Of a DNA stretch of 64,000 nucleotides, positions 10,114-19,834 are shown in pieces. The notes below the pieces were generated by a model. The model saw only the letters and a program-made list of their open reading frames with translations. It was not told where the DNA came from and did no database searches. The stretch covers positions 941,942 to 1,005,941 of the forward strand of contig JBMOKY010000001.1 of the NCBI GenBank assembly GCA_049325535.1, written 5' to 3'. Source of the stretch: Patescibacteria group bacterium. GTDB lineage: Bacteria; Patescibacteriota; Patescibacteriia; UBA10025; JAHIVO01. A program made the translations under genes and the position numbers. Within the stretch, counting starts at the first letter, position 1, and each line of letters opens with the position of its first letter.

Positions 10114-10931
10114 TGAACCAGATCACCTACCAGGCCGGGGGGGTCCAGCCCGCCCAACACTCAAAATTATACTGGACCTTTGCTGACGCGGCGGTGCTGA
10201 TCGTCCGGAGCGTCAAACACATCACCAAAAATCGCGATCAACTGCTTGGGCTGACCATCCAGCCAATCATGTTTATGCTCCTCTTCCGCTATGTCTTCGG
10301 CGGGGCGATTGATACGGGTGGAGCCAGCTATGTCAATTTTCTAGTCGCCGGAATCCTCATTCAGAGTGTGGCCTTTGGCTCGCTGACCACGTCTTTGAGC
10401 GTGGCTACCGATCTCCAGCGCGGCATCGTGGATCGCATCAAATCCCTTCCCATCGCCAGCTGGGGGCTGCTGATGGGCCATGTCACCGCTGACCTGGCGC
10501 GGAACATCATCCAGGCGATAGTCATGATCGGCGTCGGTCTGCTGGTCGGATTCCGACCAGAGGCGTCACTGACGGACTGGCTGCTCATCACCGGCATGGT
10601 TCTCCTCTTTACCTTCACCATTTCCTGGACAGCAGCCATCATGGGCCTGGTGGCAAAAACCGTGGAGTCGGTGCAATGGCTGGGGTTTTTCGTGGTATTC
10701 CCGCTGACGTTTGCCAGCGCCGCGTTTGTCCCGACTGATACCATGCCCGGCTGGCTCAGGTTTTTCGCCGAAAACCAACCGGTAACGCACGTAATCGAAG
10801 CGGTCCGAGCGCTGATGCTCGGCACCCCAATCGGTGACCATGGCTGGCTAGCTGCCGTCTGGTGCATCGGTACCATCATCGTGGCGATCCCGGTGGCCAC
10901 CTATCTCTACCGTAAGCCGACGGGCCGCTAG
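10110..10931 (+). CDS. ABC-2 type permease (DrrB-like)
   Basis: Six TM helices, QPIMFMLLFRYVFGGAI and FASAAFVP..TMPGWL; overlaps the upstream ATPase stop. Confidence 0.92.
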   Translation: MMNQITYQAGGVQPAQHSKLYWTFADAAVLIVRSVKHITKNRDQLLGLTIQPIMFMLLFRYVFGGAIDTGGASYVNFLVAGILIQSVAFGSLTTSLSVATDLQRGIVDRIKSLPIASWGLLMGHVTADLARNIIQAIVMIGVGLLVGFRPEASLTDWLLITGMVLLFTFTISWTAAIMGLVAKTVESVQWLGFFVVFPLTFASAAFVPTDTMPGWLRFFAENQPVTHVIEAVRALMLGTPIGDHGWLAAVWCIGTIIVAIPVATYLYRKPTGR

Positions 10932-10937
10932 AATAAT

Positions 10938-12719
10938 TTAGACAGCGGGGGCAACAACGGGATCAGCCGCGGGCGTTTCCCGGCTACTGACCTGCTCGCG
11001 CCACAGAGCGGCGTACAGACCACCCCGCTCCAATAAATCTGAGTGTCGTCCCTGCTCGACCACGGAGCCTTTGGCAAATACATAAATCCGATCGGCATGG
11101 GTCACCGTCGACAGCCGATGTGCCACTAATACCGTCATTAAATTCGCCCGCGATCGGACTATGTCCCGGATGGTAGTGGTAATGGCAGTTTCCGTTATCG
11201 AGTCCAGGCTGCTCGTTGCCTCGTCAAAGATGATTAAATCCGGCTGCCGCAGCAGGGCTCGGGCGATTGCCAGGCGCTGGCGTTCACCGCCGGATAATTT
11301 GAGACCACCTTCGCCGATTTTCGTGTCCAGCCCATATGGCGCGCGGTCCAGAATATGCTGGGCAGCTGCCGCCTCCAGAGCCCGCACGCAATCAGCATCT
11401 GTCGCTTGTGGTCGGACAAAGAGGAGATTCTCCCGGATGGTACCGGCAAAGAGCTGGGTTTCCTGCGCTACCAATCCAATCCGGCGGCGGAACTGCGCCA
11501 TATCGACAGTGGTCAAATCGGTCCCATTGATAGTGACGGATCCGGTTGACGGACGGTACAGCCCAGCCAGCAATTTGACCATGGTTGTCTTGCCTGAGCC
11601 AGACGGACCGACAAACCCCACGGTTTCACCGGCACGGATAGATAATGATATGCCAGCCAGCGCCGGGCGCAAGGCGCTGACATACGAAAAACCGACACCC
11701 TGAAAGCTGACGTGGGTCAGCCGGTCCACGGGCTGAGCATCCGCCGGCTGGGCTTCTGCCGGGATGTGCAATATGTTCTGAAGTTGCGCACTCGACGCCT
11801 TCGCCTCCTGATATTCAGTCGCCACCGTCCCAAGTTCATACAGCGGGGAAAAAACAAAGAAGGAATAAATATATAGGCTGAAAAATTCCCCCAGCGTAAT
11901 CGTGCCCTGAAACACAAACCACAACATCAGCAGCAGGAGTAATGAACGCAGGGCATTAACCGCCGTCCCCTGCCAAAATGACAAGGTACGAACGTATTTG
12001 ACCTTCTCCAGCTCCAGCTTGAGTATTGCTTCATTCACCCGGTTCAATCGGCTGATCTCCTGCTGCTCCAAACCCAAACTCTTGACCAGCTCGACGTTGC
12101 GGAGCGTTTCCGTGGTGGAGCCGGCCAGATCCGCCTCTTCTTTCACGATTTTCTGCTGGGCTGCTTTTATCTTCCGACTGAGATAATACGTCAGCGCAGC
12201 CAGTATCGGTATCATGGAAAAATAAACCACCCCGATAGCCCAATTGACGACAAACGCGTACGCCAGTACAAACACAATCCCCACCGCGGAAAGGAACAGG
12301 ACGCTCACCGCGCTTTTTATGAGTTTTTGGGCGTCGGTGCGGGCTTTTTCCAATTTTTGCAGCAACTCCCCGGAACGCTGATCCTCAAACGCGCTATAGG
12401 GAAGCGAAAATGAGTGCCCCACGCTGTCCGCGTACAGATGCGCGCCCAGCCGCTCAGTAATCACATTGACATAGTAGTCCTGAAAATTCTTTGCCAGACG
12501 GGAAACCAAGGCCACGCCCACCGATGCCAGCAGCAAGAGTATCACGCCGCGCAAAAAATCGGCCGATTCAAATTCCTGAAACCGGGTGGCATATTGATCA
12601 ATGATGATGCGAAAAATCTGAGGATCAATCAGTGAAAAAACCTGATTGATAGCTGCCAGCCCGAGCGCTAGGAGCAGGGTACGGCGATGAATACTGAGGT
12701 AGTGCCACAGCAGTCTCAT
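10938..12719 (-). CDS. ABC exporter, fused permease/ATPase
   Basis: N-terminal TM domain; GPSGSGKTT, LSGGERQR and FDEATSSLD motifs. Confidence 0.93.
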   Translation of the reverse strand: MRLLWHYLSIHRRTLLLALGLAAINQVFSLIDPQIFRIIIDQYATRFQEFESADFLRGVILLLLASVGVALVSRLAKNFQDYYVNVITERLGAHLYADSVGHSFSLPYSAFEDQRSGELLQKLEKARTDAQKLIKSAVSVLFLSAVGIVFVLAYAFVVNWAIGVVYFSMIPILAALTYYLSRKIKAAQQKIVKEEADLAGSTTETLRNVELVKSLGLEQQEISRLNRVNEAILKLELEKVKYVRTLSFWQGTAVNALRSLLLLLMLWFVFQGTITLGEFFSLYIYSFFVFSPLYELGTVATEYQEAKASSAQLQNILHIPAEAQPADAQPVDRLTHVSFQGVGFSYVSALRPALAGISLSIRAGETVGFVGPSGSGKTTMVKLLAGLYRPSTGSVTINGTDLTTVDMAQFRRRIGLVAQETQLFAGTIRENLLFVRPQATDADCVRALEAAAAQHILDRAPYGLDTKIGEGGLKLSGGERQRLAIARALLRQPDLIIFDEATSSLDSITETAITTTIRDIVRSRANLMTVLVAHRLSTVTHADRIYVFAKGSVVEQGRHSDLLERGGLYAALWREQVSSRETPAADPVVAPAV

Positions 12720-12893
12720 GGAAATAAATACTTAATGCTCATTACTATCAAAAGCAAACACAGTCTAGCATAATGCCTGAAACCTTGACAAACCCATGCC
12801 AGTACGGTATGATACGCGGTTACTCTGCCCTTTTTACATATACATATTTCTCAATTCACCCTATTAACCCTAAACCCTTGAGGAGGTTTAGTA

Positions 12894-13463
12894 ATGCCAA
12901 CATTTTGGGAAACGCCTGAGGCTGAGCTCTTGAAACAGCTGCTCACCAAAACCACGCAACCGTGGCCGTACTGGTTTATGCACCGGCTCAATGCACTCAT
13001 CCCCATGATGGGTGTCGAATCGGTCATCCTGCGGCAACGAGAAGGTATCGTCGAAGTGCTGCTCACCCAGCGTGACGGTGATGATCTCGACTGGCCATGG
13101 TACTACCATGTACCCGGCTCAACGGTCCGAGACACCGATATCACACTCGATCGCAGGCCAGACGAAATCTACACGTCGGTACTCCGGCGTATCTGGGCGA
13201 ATGAGCTCCAGCTCAGCCAGGAAAAGATTGACCGGATAACGGCCACAAAATGCGATGTCATTCCCTGGCGACACACTCGTGGCGGCTGCATCTCAACGAT
13301 ATTCCTCTGCCAGGCGTATGCGGTCGAATTTCCGGTTGGACATTTTCACCCGGTACATCGGCTTCCGCAACCGTTCCTCGGTGGCCAGGAAATTCTCATC
13401 ACGACGGCCATGGCCTACCTCGCGGCGCACTCCGACTTTTTCTGTACGGGATTGCCCGACTAA
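12894..13463 (+). CDS. Hypothetical protein, possibly NUDIX-fold
   Basis: Own promoter (TTGACA...TATGAT) and GAGGAGG SD. VEVLLTQR...WPWYYHVPGSTVR resembles a degenerate NUDIX entry motif. Confidence 0.55.
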   Translation: MPTFWETPEAELLKQLLTKTTQPWPYWFMHRLNALIPMMGVESVILRQREGIVEVLLTQRDGDDLDWPWYYHVPGSTVRDTDITLDRRPDEIYTSVLRRIWANELQLSQEKIDRITATKCDVIPWRHTRGGCISTIFLCQAYAVEFPVGHFHPVHRLPQPFLGGQEILITTAMAYLAAHSDFFCTGLPD

Positions 13464-13490
13464 CCACCTATTTTCCAGAAAGGTGAATGT

Positions 13491-13586
13491 ATGAGACTCA
13501 CGATTTTGTGTCCCTATCGATATTCGGTGATCCATCTGGATTGCACCGATGCGCACCTCTCAATAAATCGTGTCCAGCACCTCTAA
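13491..13586 (+). CDS. Putative 31-aa small protein MRLTILCPYRYSVIHLDCTDAHLSINRVQHL
   Basis: AAAGGTGA SD upstream of ATG 13491; the stop is followed directly by a terminator hairpin. Confidence 0.35.
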   Translation: MRLTILCPYRYSVIHLDCTDAHLSINRVQHL

Positions 13587-13636
13587 CCTCGTCTCTACCA
13601 AACATCACACTGATGTATTCGGAGACGAGGTTTTTT
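13587..13636 (+). terminator. Intrinsic terminator
   Basis: CCTCGTCTC...GAGACGAGG stem followed by a T-tract. Confidence 0.6.
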
Positions 13637-13704
13637 CATACCACAAACCCCGCCGTGACAGACGGCAGAGCTGTGGTATAAATGTGAAGACACCGGATAC
13701 TAGC

Positions 13705-13932
13705 TTAGGATTGGGCCGCGGCTGATCCGGACTTCATCATGCTAGGCATTCTGACCAGCTGGTAGACAGCCGCCAGACCGACCAAGGCGTAGACGACACG
13801 GGCGATGGCACTGCCATCACCAAAGATGGCCGCCACGAGATCCCAGTCGAGAAAACCGACCAGTCCCCAGTTCAGTCCACCCACCACCAGCAAAATAAAG
13901 GCAATCATATCAACAGCATTTGGTTTTTTCAT
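13705..13932 (-). CDS. DUF378-domain small membrane protein
   Basis: LLVVGGLNWGLVG..DLVAAIFG...RVVYALVGLAA pattern. Confidence 0.9.
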   Translation of the reverse strand: MKKPNAVDMIAFILLVVGGLNWGLVGFLDWDLVAAIFGDGSAIARVVYALVGLAAVYQLVRMPSMMKSGSAAAQS

Positions 13933-14101
13933 AGTATGTGCGTAATTATTAGTTAAGGCGCTTTTGCAGGCTCGACTCCATCCTGCAGCAGAGAGTACCC
14001 GGGACCACCCCCGCTCTGAGCAACATCAGTGTAATGAACAGTTGTGGTCATGCGTAGTATCGGGTACTTGCATACATTAAGATAAGTGATATACTAAAAA
14101 C

Positions 14102-15007
14102 ATGCAAAACGTGCATTTTACCCCTCCCCAACTCGCCCAACTCTTCGATGTCAACGTTTCCACCATCAAACGCTGGGTGGATCGTGGCTACCTCGAAGCT
14201 GAAGTGACGGCTGGCGGCCACCGTCGGGTGAACCGTGACCAGCTGACGCGATTTATCCGGCGTTACCCGAAATACAGCCGCGCCTACACCCTGAAACGGC
14301 TTGGTCAACAGCGGGACGACATCGCCGACGACCGCTGGCAACAGTACTACGACCTGCTCCAGCAAAACAACATGAAACAAGCCGCGCAGTTCATTGACCG
14401 GCTCTATATCACCAATGTGCCGATCCAGACGATTATCAGCCGGGTGATTATGCCGGCGCTCCGGCACATGGGCGAGCTGTACCAGGCCAAAAAAATATCG
14501 GTCTATGAGGAGCACCGGATGAGCTTTTTGCTCCGCATGCACGTCATCCGCCTGGATGGCTATATTCCGGATACGACTGACGCCCATTCCCCGTCGGTCA
14601 TCCTGGCCTGCGCACCAGGTGAATTCAACGAGCTGCCGCTCCAGATCATCGCTCTGCAGTACAAACTCCACGGCTGGAAAACCCATGTACTAGGGATCAA
14701 TATCGGCATCGAAGAGCTCAAAAAAGCCAGTGCGCGCATCAGGCCACAGATGATCGTGCCGACTAAAACCTACACCGACCGGCCATCGACGCGGTTTTTT
14801 AATGCGCTGACCACCTTTGCCGCCCATCACGGCATCATCCTGGGGTTCGGCGGTCCGATCTGGAAAAAATGGTTTAGCGTCAAACGGAAAAAATGCTGGT
14901 CAAACGACCCCTGCGTCCTCTTTTTCAATGGCCTGAAAGATTTCGAGAAATTTTTGGCGGAATACAAACCAGGCGCCAAACGACGAGGCAGACGCGGATC
15001 GCCATGA
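14102..15007 (+). CDS. MerR/excisionase-type HTH regulator with a B12-binding-like domain (CarH/LitR-like)
   Basis: FTPPQLAQLFDVNVSTIKRW...TAGGHRR HTH, followed by ISVYEEH and ILACAPGEFNELP segments. Confidence 0.8.
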   Translation: MQNVHFTPPQLAQLFDVNVSTIKRWVDRGYLEAEVTAGGHRRVNRDQLTRFIRRYPKYSRAYTLKRLGQQRDDIADDRWQQYYDLLQQNNMKQAAQFIDRLYITNVPIQTIISRVIMPALRHMGELYQAKKISVYEEHRMSFLLRMHVIRLDGYIPDTTDAHSPSVILACAPGEFNELPLQIIALQYKLHGWKTHVLGINIGIEELKKASARIRPQMIVPTKTYTDRPSTRFFNALTTFAAHHGIILGFGGPIWKKWFSVKRKKCWSNDPCVLFFNGLKDFEKFLAEYKPGAKRRGRRGSP

Positions 15008-15033
15008 AACGCGATGGAGGCGGACGAAAATCA

Positions 15034-15061
15034 AAACGAGCGGGCATATACCCGCTCGTTT
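15034..15061. terminator. Hairpin terminator between convergent genes
   Basis: AAACGAGCGGG-CATATA-CCCGCTCGTTT. Confidence 0.65.
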
Positions 15062-15080
15062 ATCCTTAATCAGGAAATCA

Positions 15081-16930
15081 CTAAAATATGCCCGCCGCCA
15101 GCGTGATGCCACCGGTATAGTCCTTGCCATACGCGGCAAAGGACGGTGACAATAGTCGCCCGGTAGCGCTCATGATCTTTATCCAGCCGACATCCTGGCC
15201 ACCCACGCCGACGATCAATTCCTGCTGACCATTGCCATTCGTATCCAGCGCAGCCACTGAAACACCGCCGCTAAACTCACGATTGAAGGCAAAGAAGCCC
15301 GGACTGGACAATGCCAATCCCTTATTGGAACCGATACCGACTACCCGCACATGAGGGCCGCCTGATCCATACACCCCCGTTACGACTTCGTCTTTACCGT
15401 TGCCATTCAAATCAGCCATGGTCGTGGTCACCCCGCCGCGAAACGTATTGGCATACGCCATCACCCCGAGGGTAACGGGAACAAACCGGTGGTTGCGAAC
15501 GCCGAATACTCGCACATGAGGGCCGCCGCCGCTAATTGGTGTGGTAATGATATCCCCGACGCCATCACCCTCCAGGTCACCGACGGAAAGCGCAAGGCCG
15601 CCGCGGAAAGCGGTGTCGTAGGCGTAGAAATGCTCAGTCACGGGAACGATACTGTCACCTCGAAGACCGAAAACACGCACCTGAGGAGCGCCGCCACTCA
15701 TGGGAGCGACGATGATTTCGTCGATACCGTCACTTTCGATATCGCCAACTGCCAGGCTGACCCCGCCACGGAATCCAGACGCAAACGCGTCGAAATCCCA
15801 TCCTTTACTGGTGCCGTTGATGTCGAAAATTTTCACCGTGGGAACCCCGCCACGGCGGGTGCTGACAATGATTTCATTCTCATCGTCACCATTGATATCA
15901 CCAACTGCTACATTGATACCACCCCACCAATTGCTATATGCGTCGAAATTGTGGAGTAAATTACCGGCAGTATCAAATACTCGCACTTCCGGACCACCGC
16001 CGGCCTTTGTGCCAGTCACGATAGCCCGAATCGGAACACGCTGGGCCATGAATAATGATGCGTGATCAACGCTAAACGAGCAATACTGTCGAAAATCAAC
16101 GGTGCAATACGAATCAGGGGTCCAGGAAGCTTGCACTCCCTCTTCGGTGAACGTCTGGATCAGTAAATTTTCACCAATCAGCGAAGTATCCTCGATGTAC
16201 ATGGAGATCTGAATTGGTTTACTGAAATGCAGTCCCATTTCGGGAATGCCGAGCCGCATCGCGGCTACAGCACCCACGAAATCGGTCAGCTGGGAAAGAC
16301 TGTAGGCTTCATTGACTAGCTGATAAAATCGAAATGGAGTCCCAGAATAATTTGTGACCACCGTCCCGGCAGGAAAAGTCACCCGAGCAACTTCAGAACT
16401 GTATACCCACTCTTGTTCAATGGTTACTGACGCACTATCATCAGTATTGGCAATTATCAAATGTGCATCGGGAAACAGTGCGGCTAGCTGTACCCCGGTT
16501 TTCCAAGAATTGTTATTTAATTTATCAACGAGATACAGATACTCGACCGTCCATAGACCCACCTTGCTATACTGAGGGATAACTGCGGTTGAGGTATAGG
16601 TACCGTTATTATCATCACCGGAAACACGAGTCCATGCGTGAAAGTCGATTAACTGGGTACCAATCAAGGGGCGAAGTCGTAATGAGTGTTGCTGGTATTG
16701 CATGCCGATCCACAATCGCCGGGTATGGCAACTCCCACTAAATCGTCAGTCAATGTTACGGTCAAGGTGATTGTCTGATCACCGCTGCCAGTATCTATGG
16801 TCACCGGAGAAAAATTAATCGCCGTCACCCTGGGGGCAGTGTTATCTTCGGCAGCTTGGGTAGCATGCACTACGCCAAAAATACCGGCGGTAATAAGCAC
16901 CCCGGCTACTAAATATGAAATACCTTTCAT
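15081..16930 (-). pseudogene. Secreted surface protein with FG-GAP/VCBS-like repeats, split by a 1-nt frameshift near 16682 (pseudogene or assembly error)
   Basis: ORF 16930-16664 has a signal peptide and an Ig-like start. ORF 16715-15081 continues with LRLRPLIG and ends in repeated GGxxVAxGDxxGDGxDEII...GGGPHVRVF units. Confidence 0.7.
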
Positions 16931-17044
16931 ATTATTTTGTATTACAAATTAATTGTATGTAAGTATACACCCGCTGAATAAAAAAATCAAGTATTTTTAG
17001 CTAATATTAGTAATAATTATTGATAGTCTACGAATAAAAAATTC

Positions 17045-17082
17045 AAAGACCCCCCCTGATCAATCAGGGGGGGGTCTTTTTT
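17045..17082. terminator. Intrinsic terminator
   Basis: AAAGAC-C-run-TGAT / ATCA-G-run-TCTTT inverted repeat flanked by A and T tracts. Confidence 0.75.
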
Positions 17083-17100
17083 GAAAATAAAGACGGCCAA

Positions 17101-17568
17101 TTACTGGACAATCACCGTACCAGTGCTGCTGTCATTTTCATGATCATGGTACTGATAGGTACCGGCAGTAAAAAACTGAACAACATAGGTCTCTCCGGAG
17201 CTGATTTCCCCTGTCCCGTCGTCTTCCCAGACTCCCAGATAATCAGTATGGTCAGGGTGCTGGTCAGGCGCCACATAGACCATATCTGAACCGGTATTGG
17301 TCCAGGTGACCGTGCCACCAACGGAAATCGTGATACTATTCGGGGCAAAACCGGTGGTGCTGGAAGCAGACACCGACGCTGTATCTGGCGCTGCGGCATT
17401 TGTATTGCCATTGAGTGGGGCGGTGTTCGTGGTCTTGGTATTCACGTTCAATCCGGACGTTTGGTTAATGTTGGAATTTGATCCACTGTCATCCGACGAT
17501 AACCAAATCACTCCGACAATGACGATGATAACCACAAACAGGATCATGCCGAGGATTTTAGTATTCAT
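17101..17568 (-). CDS. Membrane-anchored cupredoxin (plastocyanin-like) domain protein with an N/T-rich linker
   Basis: GFAPNSITISVGGTVTWTN...GTYQYHDH...GTVIVQ fold signature and an N-terminal TM helix. Confidence 0.8.
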   Translation of the reverse strand: MNTKILGMILFVVIIVIVGVIWLSSDDSGSNSNINQTSGLNVNTKTTNTAPLNGNTNAAAPDTASVSASSTTGFAPNSITISVGGTVTWTNTGSDMVYVAPDQHPDHTDYLGVWEDDGTGEISSGETYVVQFFTAGTYQYHDHENDSSTGTVIVQ

Positions 17569-17583
17569 AGGACCTGTATTTGA

Positions 17584-18219
17584 TTAATGATCTTTTGTCA
17601 TAGGGCTGGCTGAAATCGTGCGCATCCGGCAGACCGCCGGATTGATAATCGATCGCGACAAATACCAAATGGAAAACAAAACCGCCGCCAGCCCGATCAG
17701 GGTAAATTCGGTCCCCCGCAGCGGCAGCACCCCGAGCAAACCAGAGGTAGCGCCAAAACCGATGATGGCCGACAGCAATACCGATCCACAGGATGTACAG
17801 CCGATGCCAAAAATGCTGAGCACCATCCCCCACCATCCGGCAGAAACTGCTCGTACCTGAGCCAGACGGTGCTTCAGATAATGGATAAACAGAGCGGTAT
17901 TGATACCGCCGGCCAAAGCCACAGCAAATAACAGCACACGTCCCCACCCGGTCACCTCACTGCCGAAGCTGCCCAGGGAGCGCCAGAGTATGACAATACG
18001 ATCGCCGAAACTGAAAAAATCCGCCCTGACTACCGAAGACCAAAAACCGATTTGAGAAATGATCACCAGCAGCACGATAAATACCAGCGTCGTGCCCAGA
18101 GCGATAAACACATATCCTGGACGGCGAAATACGACCGCACCCGCGCGGACGATCGTACGCAACGGATTGTTGAATGTGGAGGGCATGTGCATGTCAGCCA
18201 TCCAGTGGCGGGGGTACAA
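17584..18219 (-). CDS. Multi-pass membrane protein with a CxxC motif
   Basis: About four TM segments and a GIGCTSCGS motif; lies between DsbA and the cupredoxin. The start may be 18186. Confidence 0.75.
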   Translation of the reverse strand: MYPRHWMADMHMPSTFNNPLRTIVRAGAVVFRRPGYVFIALGTTLVFIVLLVIISQIGFWSSVVRADFFSFGDRIVILWRSLGSFGSEVTGWGRVLLFAVALAGGINTALFIHYLKHRLAQVRAVSAGWWGMVLSIFGIGCTSCGSVLLSAIIGFGATSGLLGVLPLRGTEFTLIGLAAVLFSIWYLSRSIINPAVCRMRTISASPMTKDH

Positions 18220-18243
18220 ACCCCCGCCACTGGAACTGCCTAC

Positions 18244-19041
18244 TTAATTGAGCAGCAGATTATCAATCGTGCTCTTCAGGCTGGAATACGGCTGGGCGCC
18301 GCTGACGGGAACCTTGGTTCCGTCCTGGCTGATCGCTACCGAATACGGGGTGCCATTGCCACCGGCGTTGATTGCATCCTGGTAATGTTGCTGAACTTTT
18401 TCGGTAAATTTACCGCTGGACAGACAGTCATTGAATTCAGCGACATCCAATCCGATTTCACCGGCGATCTCCGGCAACTTCGCCTCATCGAGTCCGTTAT
18501 TTGCTGGCGTGATCTCATATATCTTGTCGATATACTGCCAGAATGCGTCATTGCCGCCCTGATCGTACGCACACTCAGACGCCTCTGATTCTTTGGGTGC
18601 CTTCGGGTGGAGCGATTCCAGAGGGAAATGGCGGTACACCCAGGCGACTTTATCCCCGTACTCCTGGCTCATCTGCTGGAGCGTTGTATGGAATTGTTTG
18701 CAGTACGGACACTCCAGGTCAGAATACTCTACCAATACGACCTCAGCGGTATCCAGATTGCCCCGGATATGGTCATCAGAAGTGATAGCCGCCAGATTGA
18801 TGGCCGTGGCGGTATTCGTTCCTGCGGTACTATTGGTGCCCGCATTCGTATTGGCAGTGCCGGCAAATGTCGAAGCGGAGTTGGTGTTGGTCGAGATAGA
18901 TCCCCCAAACAGAAGGATATAAAAGCCGATAGTCGACGCCACCATGAACATGGCTACCATACCGAAAACGAATGCTCGTTTCGGACCCAAAAATTCGAAA
19001 AGGGACTGCGACTTTTTATGCTGATGTTGTGTTTCTTCCAT
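18244..19041 (-). CDS. DsbA-family thiol:disulfide oxidoreductase
   Basis: EYSDLECPYC, YRHFPL, GNGTP and GAQPY motifs; N-terminal TM anchor and N/T-rich linker. Confidence 0.92.
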   Translation of the reverse strand: MEETQHQHKKSQSLFEFLGPKRAFVFGMVAMFMVASTIGFYILLFGGSISTNTNSASTFAGTANTNAGTNSTAGTNTATAINLAAITSDDHIRGNLDTAEVVLVEYSDLECPYCKQFHTTLQQMSQEYGDKVAWVYRHFPLESLHPKAPKESEASECAYDQGGNDAFWQYIDKIYEITPANNGLDEAKLPEIAGEIGLDVAEFNDCLSSGKFTEKVQQHYQDAINAGGNGTPYSVAISQDGTKVPVSGAQPYSSLKSTIDNLLLN

Positions 19042-19113
19042 AGACGTAAGTCAATAGTAAATCGTAACCAAGCCACCCTGCGGCGGCTGTCCTGACAGAT
19101 CAGGCGCGCCTGA

Positions 19114-19500
19114 CTACTGATGGGTGACCCGCTGCACCACCCCGGCCGCCAGAGCAAACCGCAGCGGATCCCAGTATTTCATATGATCAGAGATTGCCCG
19201 CCGCATGCGATCCAGCCAACCAGACACCCGGTATCTGACAGATGCCAGCAGCACCCCGGCAGCCGCCAGCAGTAACAAGACGACCCAAACGGCCAATCGT
19301 ATCGGCTCGACCAATGCCATATCAAAATGCGGCAGTAAATCCAGTGATTGGCGTGCTGCCGTGAGTGACCCCATATGACACATAGGGGCGTGCGCATCCT
19401 GCACGGCAGCCAGTACGCTAAAATCGCAGGATGTTTTCACCAGCGGTAAAGCCAGAGAAATGAGTATGATGATAAAGGTGATTTTTCCCAGCGTTCGCAT
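19114..19500 (-). CDS. Hypothetical membrane protein
   Basis: Two hydrophobic segments and an SCD...HAPMCHM motif; a TATAAT box precedes ATG 19500; upstream of dsbA. Confidence 0.6.
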   Translation of the reverse strand: MRTLGKITFIIILISLALPLVKTSCDFSVLAAVQDAHAPMCHMGSLTAARQSLDLLPHFDMALVEPIRLAVWVVLLLLAAAGVLLASVRYRVSGWLDRMRRAISDHMKYWDPLRFALAAGVVQRVTHQ

Positions 19501-19750
19501 ATTGATAGTAATTATTATTATACAACAATGCGGCTCACTCGACAACCAGCCAACCAAGCTCAATTGCTTATACGTGAGAAAAGGACTCGCTATTTCACTG
19601 TGATGCACCTCATCTATCGGTGTCGAGCTTTCTGTTCCTTCACCCGATACCGCACCATCCTTTTAATCAAACCATAGGGAATCGGCGCTGTAAACGGAAA
19701 TCGTACCGTACCTTTGTCAGTGCTGTATGTGGATAATTCTTTGGCAAACG

Positions 19751-19822
19751 CTCTGGGACCAGGAGTCGAACCTGGATAACTACGTTAACAGCGTAGAGTT
19801 TTACCTATTAAACTATCCCAGA
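19751..19822 (-). tRNA. tRNA-Asn(GUU), divergent copy
   Basis: Full cloverleaf: TCTGGGA/TCCCAGA acceptor, GTTT/AAAC D-stem, CTACG-CT-GTT-AA-CGTAG, 4-nt variable loop, CCAGG-TTCGACT-CCTGG, G73. No encoded CCA. Confidence 0.9.
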
Positions 19823-19834
19823 GTTCGGCGGGCA

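Noticed and set aside
13940-14030. Fluoride riboswitch-like GATGGAGTC in the DUF378 leader
   Set aside because: The downstream pseudoknot partner (GCTRATGAC..CTAC) is missing; only two generic hairpins are present.
19728-19736. Perfect DnaA boxes (also 6749-6757 and 49234-49242) as an origin of replication
   Set aside because: They are isolated and far apart, with no cluster and no dnaA gene in the window.
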